From an uncultured Nitrososphaerota archaeon (lineage in GTDB: Archaea; Thermoproteota; Nitrososphaeria; Nitrososphaerales; CADDZS01), in the NCBI GenBank assembly GCA_963799845.1, contig CAWCYI010000006.1, positions 1,344,001-1,408,000 of the forward strand: 64,000 nt of DNA, written 5' to 3'. Positions 10,590 through 19,457 of the stretch are shown piece after piece. Position numbers and translations under genes: made by a program. The first letter of the stretch is position 1. Each line of letters begins with the position of its first letter. Below the pieces are notes generated by a model. That model did not search any database, was not told the DNA's origin, and was given only the letters and a program-made list of their open reading frames with translations.

Positions 10590-11489
10590 TTGGATAAACC
10601 CAGAGGTATCATTCCAGCTTTAAGCACAGTTACCTTGGATAATGGAGATCTTGATCAAGTAGGGTTGAAGTGTCTTGCTAGTAAAAATATCGAGTGGGGT
10701 GCTGACGGTGTTGCAGTATCGGTTGTCGCTGGGGAATTTTACAAATTTTCTGATGAGGAAAGAAAAAAATGTTATGAATTGGTCGTGGACAAAGTTGACG
10801 GAAAAGTGCCTGTCTGGGCAGGCGTATCCCACATGGGTACTGAACCATCAGTCGAACTGGCTAAGTTTGCAAAAGAAGTTGGAGCTGATGGCATCATTGC
10901 TATGCCACCTTTGGTGGGAAGAGAATCTTCTATGGCATTCGAGGAACATTTCACAACCATTATGAGGAAGGTGGATTTGCCATTGATGATACAAGACGCA
11001 GAGGGTTTTGCGCCTATCTTCATGAGCCCGACATTGTATCTAAGACTCAGTGATGAATACTCCAATCTTGTTTCAGTCAAGATAGAAGGAGGAAACACTC
11101 TTGCCAAAATTAGGGATGTCAAAAAATTAGTCGGAGGCAGGTTAACAATATTGGGAGGTATGGCTGCCGTTCAGATGTTCGAGGAAATGGAATTGGGATC
11201 GGAAGGCAATGTTCCAGATGCTTGTTTGACTGACATGCTGGTCAATGTCTACAAGAATTACAAAAACCGTAATGTGACCGCAGCTCGAAGTATTTTTGCA
11301 AAGTATTTACGATGGGCAAATTTTATGATGCTTCATCAAAGGTCAGCGTCCGAAATAGAAAAAGAAACGTTGCGATTAAGAGGAGTAGTCGGTTCGTCGC
11401 ACACACGGAGTCCTCACGTTCCATTGAAAGATGAGGAAAAATTTGAACTACGAACTCTGCTGAATCAAATCGGCACGACGCAGGGATGA
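10590..11489 (+). CDS. Dihydrodipicolinate synthase/N-acetylneuraminate lyase family aldolase
   Basis: GIIPAL, AGEFYKFSDEER, VPVWAGV, GADGIIAMPP and a Schiff-base Lys in VKIE. Confidence 0.85.
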   Translation: MDKPRGIIPALSTVTLDNGDLDQVGLKCLASKNIEWGADGVAVSVVAGEFYKFSDEERKKCYELVVDKVDGKVPVWAGVSHMGTEPSVELAKFAKEVGADGIIAMPPLVGRESSMAFEEHFTTIMRKVDLPLMIQDAEGFAPIFMSPTLYLRLSDEYSNLVSVKIEGGNTLAKIRDVKKLVGGRLTILGGMAAVQMFEEMELGSEGNVPDACLTDMLVNVYKNYKNRNVTAARSIFAKYLRWANFMMLHQRSASEIEKETLRLRGVVGSSHTRSPHVPLKDEEKFELRTLLNQIGTTQG

Positions 11490-11678
11490 CGATTGTATTT
11501 CCTGCGCCGATAGTCGAAGAGTTATTGATAACAATAGGTTCTAAGAAAAGGACGACCTGGGTCTACAGGAAAAGCTCAGACGATGAGAAATTGGGTGCGC
11601 GACTTCGACCTTATGTGTACGAAAGTCATGTGAAACCAATCGAATTTGCGGAGAACGAATTTGCTAGTAAAAGACAAA

Positions 11679-11709
11679 TGCGGGGGGTGGAGTTGAACTT
11701 TAGGTTCAA
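11679..11709 (-). repeat. tRNA-Leu-like 3'-end fragment, copy 2
   Basis: TGCGGGGGGTGGAGTTGAACTTTAGGTTCAA is a direct repeat of 757-788. Confidence 0.65.
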
Positions 11710-11792
11710 ATCGCACTCTGGCCGCTATCACCTGTAGCGGCAGTTTGCACACTTTCCCCTTTCCTTGCCATCTCCCTTCTGATAGATTACGA

Positions 11793-11930
11793 TCAGAAGA
11801 AGGTACGATCTTTTGAGATTCCTAAATCCTCATAGAAATCGAGCAAAATTAAGCCATAGTTGTATTTCGTGTCCCCGTTGTGGAGTGAGCTAAAGTACTC
11901 AGCCAAGGCGTCTATCTCGGAGATTTCCAT
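11793..11930 (-). pseudogene. Short ORF, possible N-terminal remnant of a tyrosine integrase
   Basis: MEISEIDALAEYFSSLHNGDTKYNYGLILLDFYEDLGIS loosely resembles integrase N-terminal SAM-like helices and lies directly downstream of tRNA-His. Weak call. Confidence 0.3.
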
Positions 11931-11974
11931 CGGGTCAGGTAATAAGGATCGATTATCTAAGACCCGAAAAAGAG

Positions 11975-12099
11975 GGCCGCCGGTGGGATTTGAACCCACG
12001 ATCGAGAGGTGTCTGCTCTCACTCGAGAACCACAGCCTCCTATGCTAACCAAACTGCGCCCGTAGCAGAAGATTTGCTGCAGTCTGCACCACAGCGGCC
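11975..12099 (-). tRNA. tRNA-His(GTG) with two introns (15/16 at 12054-12083; 37/38 at 12011-12029) and encoded G-1
   Basis: Removing the introns gives a full cloverleaf: GCCGCTG/CGGCGGC acceptor, GTGC/GCAT D-stem, GGAGG-CTGTGGA-CCTCT anticodon arm, GTGGG-TTCAAAT-CCCAC T-arm and C73. Both introns form bulge-helix-bulge-type junctions. Confidence 0.93.
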
Positions 12100-12138
12100 A
12101 AGGAGTAAGCGATTGATTCGAAGGAGATTCGGCCGACC

Positions 12139-12155
12139 GGATATAACGCTTTTCG
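12139..12155 (-). promoter_or_regulatory. BRE/TATA promoter of tRNA-His
   Basis: Reverse complement CGAAAAGCGTTATATCC lies ~40 nt upstream of the tRNA. Confidence 0.55.
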
Positions 12156-12192
12156 GGATTGTCCGAGCGTAATATTCTTATCAAATGAATTC

Positions 12193-12732
12193 ATGTTAGT
12201 CCAATTACAAACAAAAATGGAATTACTGAGTGGCGAAGCGCTTTCCAAGTACTTGCTGGAAAAATATTCCAGAAATCCGAAGGGATGGAATTTTACGATT
12301 GCGCCGGCGGCCAAAGACAACTTCTTCGATGCACTGGTCTCTGGACCGGAAGAAAACTGGCAGCTGAAGATCGACTCGATCTTCAAACCGTCTCCCATCG
12401 TTCTTGGCGCGAAGGTCGAAACACCACTAAGAAGGTCTGTGCCTAAAGGAGTCTTCCCATCTTACGGCTACCGAAAGCTGGAACCTGAAGTCATTCTAAA
12501 AATCCTCAGAGAACAAACTTCGGATGAGCCCGAAAATTCCGGAAATCTGGACAAGATAATCGGCTCACTGGAACCGACCGCTCCAACTCGTGGTGAAAGC
12601 TATGCTGAGGGCCCGTTCGTATTTACAAATAAGAAGATCCTAGATATCTCAGATAGCCAGAAGAAGCTTGACGAAAGGCTCAGTTCCGGAATCAGGAATC
12701 TGCTCAGAGAAAAGTACATCGGCTATGGCTAG
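12193..12732 (+). CDS. Hypothetical protein
   Basis: 179-aa ORF with protein-like composition and no motif recognised. Confidence 0.65.
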   Translation: MLVQLQTKMELLSGEALSKYLLEKYSRNPKGWNFTIAPAAKDNFFDALVSGPEENWQLKIDSIFKPSPIVLGAKVETPLRRSVPKGVFPSYGYRKLEPEVILKILREQTSDEPENSGNLDKIIGSLEPTAPTRGESYAEGPFVFTNKKILDISDSQKKLDERLSSGIRNLLREKYIGYG

Positions 12733-13127
12733 ACGTGGCGAGCTAGCCGCTCTGCGTAAGGAGTGAGCTCTTCTACGTGTCTGATCTTTCCCTTACTCGC
12801 CGGGAGCAGCTCCCTCTGATAAAAGGTATCGATGCGAACCCTTCCCTGGAGGATCTTCCTAGTTCTGTCGGCAAGCTTTCTTCCCTCGCTGTCGTTGTCT
12901 AGGAGCAGTATGGTCTTCTTGAATCTCGCCGCGGTTTCTTCCAGCGTAAGTATGTTGTTCTTGTGGCAGAGCATGAACAGCTCCCCATCAAATCCGGCTT
13001 CGCGGAGTGCATTCGCATCCCTTATCCCCTCGACTACAACGAGCGCGTTCTCCTCGTCGTTGAGTTTTCTCATAAAGCTCGAAAGACTCTCAATCAGTGA
13101 GGACTCGGCTGCGAGGATTTTATCCAT
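12729..13127 (-). CDS. Small Toprim-domain protein (primase/RNase M5-like)
   Basis: VVVEGIRD and LLLDNDSEG Toprim motifs. Start reassigned to the ATG at 13127 because the longer ORF runs into the IS. Confidence 0.85.
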   Translation of the reverse strand: MDKILAAESSLIESLSSFMRKLNDEENALVVVEGIRDANALREAGFDGELFMLCHKNNILTLEETAARFKKTILLLDNDSEGRKLADRTRKILQGRVRIDTFYQRELLPASKGKIRHVEELTPYAERLARHV

Positions 13128-13195
13128 GAGGATGATTGCAAAATGGTCTCGGCTCACTTCATAGTTAAACTGTCCTGAAGTCCGGGAATCTGCTG

Positions 13196-13861
13196 TTAAG
13201 ATAGCGCCATCGCTTCCTTGATCTCTTTTATGAATGATTTCTTGTATTCGGGCTGATTGTGCAGCCAAAAGAGGTTGATCCAGTTGAAGACATGTTTCAG
13301 CCTGCATCGAGTACCGCGGCTCCTGCAAGGAAACAGATCGTCGAATGATTCTGTCCTGTCTTTCAGCTTCTCCATCTGCCTCTCCATGACCTTCCAGAGC
13401 CAAGAACCGTGCATGTAGGTGTGGTGTTTGAGATTCGTCGACACACAAGCCGGAGGGTACCAGTCACCTCCATCCGTCCAGACAGGATGGTGGCCGTACT
13501 TGCTCACTAGATCCCGAAGAAACATTTCTACTGATATGGAATTTGGATTCCATGCGAAATATAATCCAAGGATCCTGTTTGCGAATGGCTCGTATGCAAC
13601 GAAAAAGTATGCTTCAGCACCGGCAACGTTCACTCCGGTCTCGTCGATTGCGAATATTTTAACTCGCTCTCTTCCAAGCCTGAATAATCTGTGCATCTTC
13701 TCGTACGAGCCCATCTCCTGGCACCACTGCCAGACAGCAACGTGGCTTCTCTTAGTGAATGGTTCGATTGCTCGAGAGCATGCCCTGAAGGACAGTCCCT
13801 CGAAAACTAGATAGATGGCGTAGTATATTACCTCCAATGGAGTTCGTTCTCTTTCCATCAT
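13196..13861 (-). CDS. IS6-family (IS240-like DDE) transposase
   Basis: GLSFR...SHVAVWQW HTH, AIDET, WTDGG and MER...LKDRT. Confidence 0.88.
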   Translation of the reverse strand: MMERERTPLEVIYYAIYLVFEGLSFRACSRAIEPFTKRSHVAVWQWCQEMGSYEKMHRLFRLGRERVKIFAIDETGVNVAGAEAYFFVAYEPFANRILGLYFAWNPNSISVEMFLRDLVSKYGHHPVWTDGGDWYPPACVSTNLKHHTYMHGSWLWKVMERQMEKLKDRTESFDDLFPCRSRGTRCRLKHVFNWINLFWLHNQPEYKKSFIKEIKEAMALS

Positions 13862-14020
13862 TCAAAATCAAATGGTAGGAGAGCGAGCTCTCGGCCCAGA
13901 CTGTCTGAAAACCCTTCGTCAGGATGTCAGAATTGTTCAATGAATTAAGCCCAACATTCGAAAGTGCCGCAAAAGATTTTCGTAAGTCGAGCGATTGTGG
14001 TAGAAGCGTTTGAACTGTCC

Positions 14021-14428
14021 ATGGCACGTTCGTGGGAAGACAGGGTCGCAGAGTATGTTGATTCACCAAGACTGCGCCAACGTCTGAAGCTCAATCAACA
14101 GATCTCGTGTGCAGTCGATGGTAACTACGGCATATACAGAACTCAAGCTTCCTTGAAGGGGGGAATGAAGTCTTTTTCCTGTTCCTGCCCTTCAGACGAG
14201 TACCCCTGCAAGCATGTGGGCGCCTTGTTACGAACTTACAAAATTCATCCGCGATCCTTCCTAGATCTTGATACAATCATGAAAAGGTTAGTCAAGATGG
14301 AGAAAGTCGAGCTTCTAAAGATAATACGTAAGATGGTCATTGTATCTCCATCGTCGCTATCCGCATTGGGTGTGAAGGGCTTTGAAGAGCCTCAGAGAGA
14401 CGAGTACGAGGAGGAGGAACATTGGTAA
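14021..14428 (+). CDS. SWIM zinc-finger protein
   Basis: CSCPSDEYPCKH (CxC-x5-CxH) preceded by V-x-G-x-x-G-x-Y, with an acidic tail. Confidence 0.85.
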   Translation: MARSWEDRVAEYVDSPRLRQRLKLNQQISCAVDGNYGIYRTQASLKGGMKSFSCSCPSDEYPCKHVGALLRTYKIHPRSFLDLDTIMKRLVKMEKVELLKIIRKMVIVSPSSLSALGVKGFEEPQRDEYEEEEHW

Positions 14429-14489
14429 TCGATTTGTGCCCTCCTCGAAAATGAGAAGGCCTTTATTCTGGTACGCCCTAACGGCTCTC

Positions 14490-16007
14490 ATGAATAGCTC
14501 AAACAATGTTTATGTGAAGGGGCAAGATAGGAACCAGCTCATCCTGTTTCCTGGAAGCATTGAAGAGTATATCGACCAAGACAACTCTGTCAGAGTGATA
14601 GATGAATTCGCAGATGGCCTTAACCTAGAAGAGCTTGGGTTCATTCACTTCGAGCCTAAGGATCTTGGTGGGAGACCAGCTTACGACCCTTACGATTTGC
14701 TGAAACTCTATCTCTACGGATATTTGAACGGGATTCGAACCAGCAGGAAGCTCGCCAGGGAATGCAAAAGAAACATCGAACTGATGTGGCTCCTAAGAAA
14801 GGTCACGCCAGATTTCAGGACCATTTCAGATTTCAGGAAAGATAATATCGACTGCATCAAGAAGGTGTTTCGGAAATTTGTCGAGCTATGCAAGAGTCTT
14901 GACCTGATAGGAGGAGAGCTCGTTGGGGTCGACGGAACAAAGCTCAAGGCTCTTAATTCAAAGGGCAGGAATTTCAACAAAGCGAAGCTCGAGTACAGGA
15001 TAAAGAGGCTTGAGCTCCATATAGCTGAGTATCTGAGGGAGCTTGAAGAGAACGATCAAAAGGCATCCAATGATGAGGAAGAGCAGGAAGAAGAACAAAC
15101 TACTCAGCCGTCACCATCGGAAGTTCAACACGCCAAAGAAGAGATAGAGAAACTCGAATACAGGAAGACCAAATACAACAATTTGCTAGCAAAACTCAGA
15201 GAAACGGGACAATCCGAGGTCTCGCTCACAGATCCTGAGTGCAGGACAATGAAGAATAACGAGAGACTAGAACCATGCTACAACGCTCAGGTTTCCGTGG
15301 ATTCCAAATTTCATCTTATCCCTGAGTATTACGTAACGAATGAACCAGTTGATCATTCGCAGCTTTCAAAGATTGCAATCAGCACAAAAGAAGTTCTTGG
15401 GGTTGGGAGATTGGATGTTACAGCTGATAAGGCGTACTTCAATTCGCAGAAGATCAAGGAATGTTTAGAGAGCGGAATCGTCACATACGTTCCTGAATTA
15501 GGAAAAGACGGAATTGTTGCCAATCCAATCGGCGTGCCAAAACCCGCGTTTTACAGAAACAAATTTCATTATGACAGTGAGCAAGACATCTACATCTGTC
15601 CAGCCAATCAAGAGCTTCTCTTTCGAAAGTGGCAGACTGACAGGTACGGCAAGAGAATGAAAATCTACAGAACTGAACGCGGAACGTGCAGTGCCTGCCA
15701 GTTCAGAGCCAGGTGCACAAAAAGTAGCTCAAGAGCAATAGAAAGGTGGGAAAGTGAAGAGATAATCGAAGAGTTAAGGTCGAAGCTCAAAACTCGTGAA
15801 GCTTCGAAGATAATCGAAAAGAGAAAGGAGCTTACTGAACATCCATTTGGAACGATTAAGAGAGCGTTCAATCAGGGTTATTTGCTCTTGAAGGGTCTTC
15901 GTAAAGTCAATGGGGAAGTCGGTCTCACAATGCTATCTTACAATTTGAGGAGAGTAATCAACGTGCTTGGAAGCAAAAATCTCGTCATGGCAATCAAGAA
16001 AGCGTAG
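14490..16007 (+). CDS. IS1182-family transposase
   Basis: DUF772-type GRPAYDP...PDFRTISDFR, VDGTK, TDPE, ADKAY, a Cys Zn ribbon and EHPFGTIK. Confidence 0.93.
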   Translation: MNSSNNVYVKGQDRNQLILFPGSIEEYIDQDNSVRVIDEFADGLNLEELGFIHFEPKDLGGRPAYDPYDLLKLYLYGYLNGIRTSRKLARECKRNIELMWLLRKVTPDFRTISDFRKDNIDCIKKVFRKFVELCKSLDLIGGELVGVDGTKLKALNSKGRNFNKAKLEYRIKRLELHIAEYLRELEENDQKASNDEEEQEEEQTTQPSPSEVQHAKEEIEKLEYRKTKYNNLLAKLRETGQSEVSLTDPECRTMKNNERLEPCYNAQVSVDSKFHLIPEYYVTNEPVDHSQLSKIAISTKEVLGVGRLDVTADKAYFNSQKIKECLESGIVTYVPELGKDGIVANPIGVPKPAFYRNKFHYDSEQDIYICPANQELLFRKWQTDRYGKRMKIYRTERGTCSACQFRARCTKSSSRAIERWESEEIIEELRSKLKTREASKIIEKRKELTEHPFGTIKRAFNQGYLLLKGLRKVNGEVGLTMLSYNLRRVINVLGSKNLVMAIKKA

Positions 16008-16223
16008 AGAGCCGAAAGAAAAAGAAATCATGTCATGAAGAGGATCTAAAACTCGGCTGAACTCTAGACTAGGCGGTAATGAAGAAACAGTGGCAAAATG
16101 AGGTTTTCAGACAGTCTGGGCCTTAGGCCGTTCGGTTCAAATCACGCTTAAGTTAACGGCAGAGTCCGGGAAAACAGACATCATTATATCTTCGTTTGTT
16201 CCATTATTCTGGTTCGAGTCAAC

Positions 16224-17114
16224 ATGTTCGGCAGGTTAGTTCTGATGTTTACGACGCTTACTCTGTTCCTTGTAGCATTTGCTCTCGTAATCGGCTACGC
16301 GCTTCAGCTTGATCCCTTATCCATGGTAGTCATAGCACTTGTTTTCTCGGCGTTGATCAACGTCGCAACATACGTTTGGAGCGACAAGCTCGTTCTCTGG
16401 TCGACCCACACCAGGTTGATATCTGAACAGGATAATCCGCAGCTATATTCCATAGTGAGAAATGTCGCGGCGAAGGCAAACATTCCCATGCCACGCGTCG
16501 GCATCGTGGATTCTCAGCAGCCGAACGCTTTCGCGACCGGCAAAGGTCCGGACAAAGCGATCGTCGTAGCGACGACTGGAATCCTGCGGACGCTAACTCC
16601 GGGCGAACTGGAGGCCGTAATCGGTCACGAAATCAGCCACGTGACGCACCGCGATGTCCTGGTCGCAAGCGTTGCTGCGGCAATCGCGGGAACTATCTCT
16701 TTTCTCGGGCAGATGGTTCTGTTCAACTCATTTTTTGGCGGGAGTAACAGCAAGAACAGGAGCAACGGCAATTTTGGAGTCCTGATTATCGCGGCGTTCT
16801 TAATTCCGATCGGAGCGATGCTCGTTCATCTTGGCATCTCAAGGAGCAGGGAAAGTTCCGCGGATGCAGCCGGAGCGAAGTTGACCGAAAAGCCGCAGGA
16901 GCTTATCAATGCACTTCGCAAGATTTCAAAGCGCGCTTCCTCGTCTCAATGGAACCAGTCTAACGCTCCAGCGCCGGCAACCGCTTCCTTGTGGATAGTC
17001 AACCCGCTAAAGGGATCAGCTTGGACGGAGCTCTTTTCGACTCACCCGAGCCTCGATAAACGCGTTGCAAATATCTCCAAAGTGGCCCAAGAGATGGGCA
17101 TCCTTGTTTCTTAA
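16224..17114 (+). CDS. htpX: Zinc metalloprotease HtpX (M48)
   Basis: PNAFATG, HEISH, SRSRE and STHP motifs with TM helices. Confidence 0.93.
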   Translation: MFGRLVLMFTTLTLFLVAFALVIGYALQLDPLSMVVIALVFSALINVATYVWSDKLVLWSTHTRLISEQDNPQLYSIVRNVAAKANIPMPRVGIVDSQQPNAFATGKGPDKAIVVATTGILRTLTPGELEAVIGHEISHVTHRDVLVASVAAAIAGTISFLGQMVLFNSFFGGSNSKNRSNGNFGVLIIAAFLIPIGAMLVHLGISRSRESSADAAGAKLTEKPQELINALRKISKRASSSQWNQSNAPAPATASLWIVNPLKGSAWTELFSTHPSLDKRVANISKVAQEMGILVS

Positions 17115-17132
17115 GGCGCAGGTATCCGTCAC

Positions 17133-17783
17133 CTGTCTTCGCCAAACGCGGAATTCATCGGTGTCTACGACAATTCTCGAATCGAGCTTAATAGCGGAAT
17201 TACTGTATCGTTCCATGAGGAGGGTGAGGAATCCAAACCACCTCTCGTTCTTCTGCACGGCTTTAATGCGCATTCAGGAACCTGGCGGAATAACATCCCG
17301 GTTCTTTCAAGAGAGAGGAGAGTTATTGCGCCTTCACTTCCGCCGTGGCACGGCCCCCCTGTATCTCTGGAGATTTCCAACTATGTAGAAATTGTGGATG
17401 AGCTCCTTTCAAGGATGAAGCTCTCCAAACTTGCAATAGGAGGGAACTCCATGGGAGGATGGATTGCGATGCGAATAGCAAGTATTCGTCCTGAACGTGT
17501 CCAATCTCTTATTCTGGAGGACTCTGCTGGTGTCTCCGATCCGAGTGACGATCAGTCGATCCTAAATCTCAATTTTTCCGGAATTCCAGTCTTGATTGTA
17601 TGGGGAATAAACGATCGGATCATTCCAGTCGATGCCGCGAGGTACCTCCACTCGAAGATAAAGTCAAGTTCTTTGAATGTCCTGCAGGGTACCGGTCATG
17701 TGCCTCACTGGGAAAAACCTGATGAGTTCAACCGTCTAGTGCTGGATTTTCTCAGGCAAGAGAAAGAAAGACAAAGAAAATGA
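17133..17783 (+). CDS. Alpha/beta hydrolase
   Basis: The frame extends upstream of the listed ORF and includes LVLLHGF, then GNSMGG, WGIND and GHVPH. CTG at 17133 is the most plausible start. Confidence 0.8.
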   Translation: MSSPNAEFIGVYDNSRIELNSGITVSFHEEGEESKPPLVLLHGFNAHSGTWRNNIPVLSRERRVIAPSLPPWHGPPVSLEISNYVEIVDELLSRMKLSKLAIGGNSMGGWIAMRIASIRPERVQSLILEDSAGVSDPSDDQSILNLNFSGIPVLIVWGINDRIIPVDAARYLHSKIKSSSLNVLQGTGHVPHWEKPDEFNRLVLDFLRQEKERQRK

Positions 17784-17907
17784 AACAGGGGACAAGCATC
17801 ACGATCGTTGCGGATCTCAGGAATTTTGAGCAGAGTTGAGTTATAGTTAAAAGTGCATTCACTAAGCTTTGAAACAATCACTTGGAGATTCTTGCGACTA
17901 AAGAGGC

Positions 17908-18552
17908 GTGATTTACATGGAAATATCGAAAACTCCCTACGAGGAGTATCTGAGGCAGTCTATTACAGATGAAAAGGCCCGCCTCGACTCTCTGTACAAC
18001 GAGTTCGCAAAGTCAAATCCGATCAAAAAGCAGATTCTGAAAAGGCAAATCGAAGAGGTGATGCAGAACATCGAACTCCTTTCCGCTGATCTGGAAAAAT
18101 ATGGTCACGGTCTATCTTGGCTCCGGGAGCCCAGCAAGGAAAGAGATGAAAAGGCAGAGCATCTGCCTAAATTAGAAAAGGAAGCAGCTCCTCCTGCGCC
18201 AGCCGCACAGAGTGCAGCCCCAGGTCAGGCGAGACCAGTCCCGACAAGGCCCGTGATTGGAAAACCAGTCGGCGCAACAAGCGCTCCACAAACGAGTCAG
18301 CCAGTAGCACCGCGACCCTCTGTTGGCACCCCGGTTGCGAGACCGAAAATCGGATCGCCCGTCGGAACTCCGAGCGCTCAGCCATCGAGCGGAACCCCTC
18401 AGGCGCAAGGTTCGAACACGTCGCAGACGCCAGCGGCGAAACCGATTATTGGGACTCCAGTGAAGAGGCCGGTAATCGGGACGCCAATTGGCACTCCAAA
18501 GACTCAGAAAAAAGACGAGAATCAGGAAACCAAAAGCGACGAGTCAGCCTGA
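17908..18552 (+). CDS. Coiled-coil protein with Pro-rich repeat tail
   Basis: Helical N-terminus followed by five [RK]Px[IV]G[TKS]P[VI] repeats. Confidence 0.7.
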   Translation: MIYMEISKTPYEEYLRQSITDEKARLDSLYNEFAKSNPIKKQILKRQIEEVMQNIELLSADLEKYGHGLSWLREPSKERDEKAEHLPKLEKEAAPPAPAAQSAAPGQARPVPTRPVIGKPVGATSAPQTSQPVAPRPSVGTPVARPKIGSPVGTPSAQPSSGTPQAQGSNTSQTPAAKPIIGTPVKRPVIGTPIGTPKTQKKDENQETKSDESA

Positions 18553-19212
18553 CTTTCCGAGAACATTCTCCTTGTAGTATTTGCACATTTTCTTGACAGG
18601 GCAAATCTGGCACTTTGGCCCAACGGGCCGGCATATAGTCTGACCAAAACTGACAAACAGTTCATTGACGTCGAGCCAGTATTTCCGCTTGTACAACCGT
18701 AGCAGTTCTGCTTCAGTTTCCTCAGGGGTTTTAGTTTGCACTAGACCGATCCTATTCGGGATCCTGTGGACGTGCGTGTCAACAGGAATCGCCGGCTCTC
18801 CAAAACCGTAAACTATCACGCAACCGGCGGTCTTTCTTCCGACGCCGGGCAATTCCATCAGCTCCGGATAACTTTTTGGAACTTTCCCATGAAATCTCTC
18901 GACTATTTGCTTTGACGCTTCCACGATGTACTTCGATTTCTGATTGTAAAATGAAACGGGCATGATCATATTTGCGACTTGGCGCGGATCAGCCTTTGCT
19001 AGCGATCTGGCATCATCATATTTCGCAAATAGCCGGGCCGAAGCTTTCTCGGTCACCGGATCTCTGGTTCGAGCTGAGAGGATGGTCGAAATCAAAATCC
19101 TGAAGGGATCAGAGTTGCTGACTTCCCTTATCTCTCCAAGGGCCGTCGTCGTGTGAACGGCTGAGCGAATCAGCTTCAATACTCTCTCTGCTTTCGTCCG
19201 ATCGGCGTTCAT
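18544..19212 (-). CDS. nth: Endonuclease III
   Basis: HhH LPGVGRKTA, VDTHV and a C-x6-C-x2-C-x5-C FeS motif. Confidence 0.93.
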   Translation of the reverse strand: MNADRTKAERVLKLIRSAVHTTTALGEIREVSNSDPFRILISTILSARTRDPVTEKASARLFAKYDDARSLAKADPRQVANMIMPVSFYNQKSKYIVEASKQIVERFHGKVPKSYPELMELPGVGRKTAGCVIVYGFGEPAIPVDTHVHRIPNRIGLVQTKTPEETEAELLRLYKRKYWLDVNELFVSFGQTICRPVGPKCQICPVKKMCKYYKENVLGKSG

Positions 19213-19457
19213 CGGATCGCGCGTCAATTTATCCTCGATCCTCCAAAGACAGTCACAATTCAGTTTTCTTCCTATTTGAAGACACAAAAATTTCTCACAT
19301 GAGCAAGTACGAGGATAAGGATCTTTTTCATGAACCAGCATCTAGGGACCTACATAAGGCCTGAAAACTTTCTCGGAGCGCAGTAATCGAGGCCAACAGT
19401 GGAATACTTTTATCTATTTTATTCTATCGCATTATCCATCGCTGGCCCCAAATTTCG

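Larger units (their letters stand above)
13897..16118 (+). mobile_element. IS1182-family element with SWIM passenger gene
   Basis: Perfect 17-bp IRs CAGACTGTCTGAAAACC / GGTTTTCAGACAGTCTG, flanked by GGCC on both sides. Confidence 0.88.
13189..16163 (-). mobile_element. IS6-family element (~749 bp) interrupted by a nested IS1182
   Basis: Terminal IRs TCTGCTGTTAA / TTAACGGCAGA, with flanking 9-bp direct repeat GTCCGGGAA (13180-13188, 16164-16172). Confidence 0.8.

Noticed and set aside
11486-11737. 83-aa ORF reading through the att-like repeat as an SSV-type split integrase fragment
   Set aside because: No integrase motif is recognisable and there is no C-terminal fragment in the window.
13128-13448. 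Long N-terminal extension of the Toprim ORF
   Set aside because: Most of the extension lies inside the IS6 element in an alternative frame.
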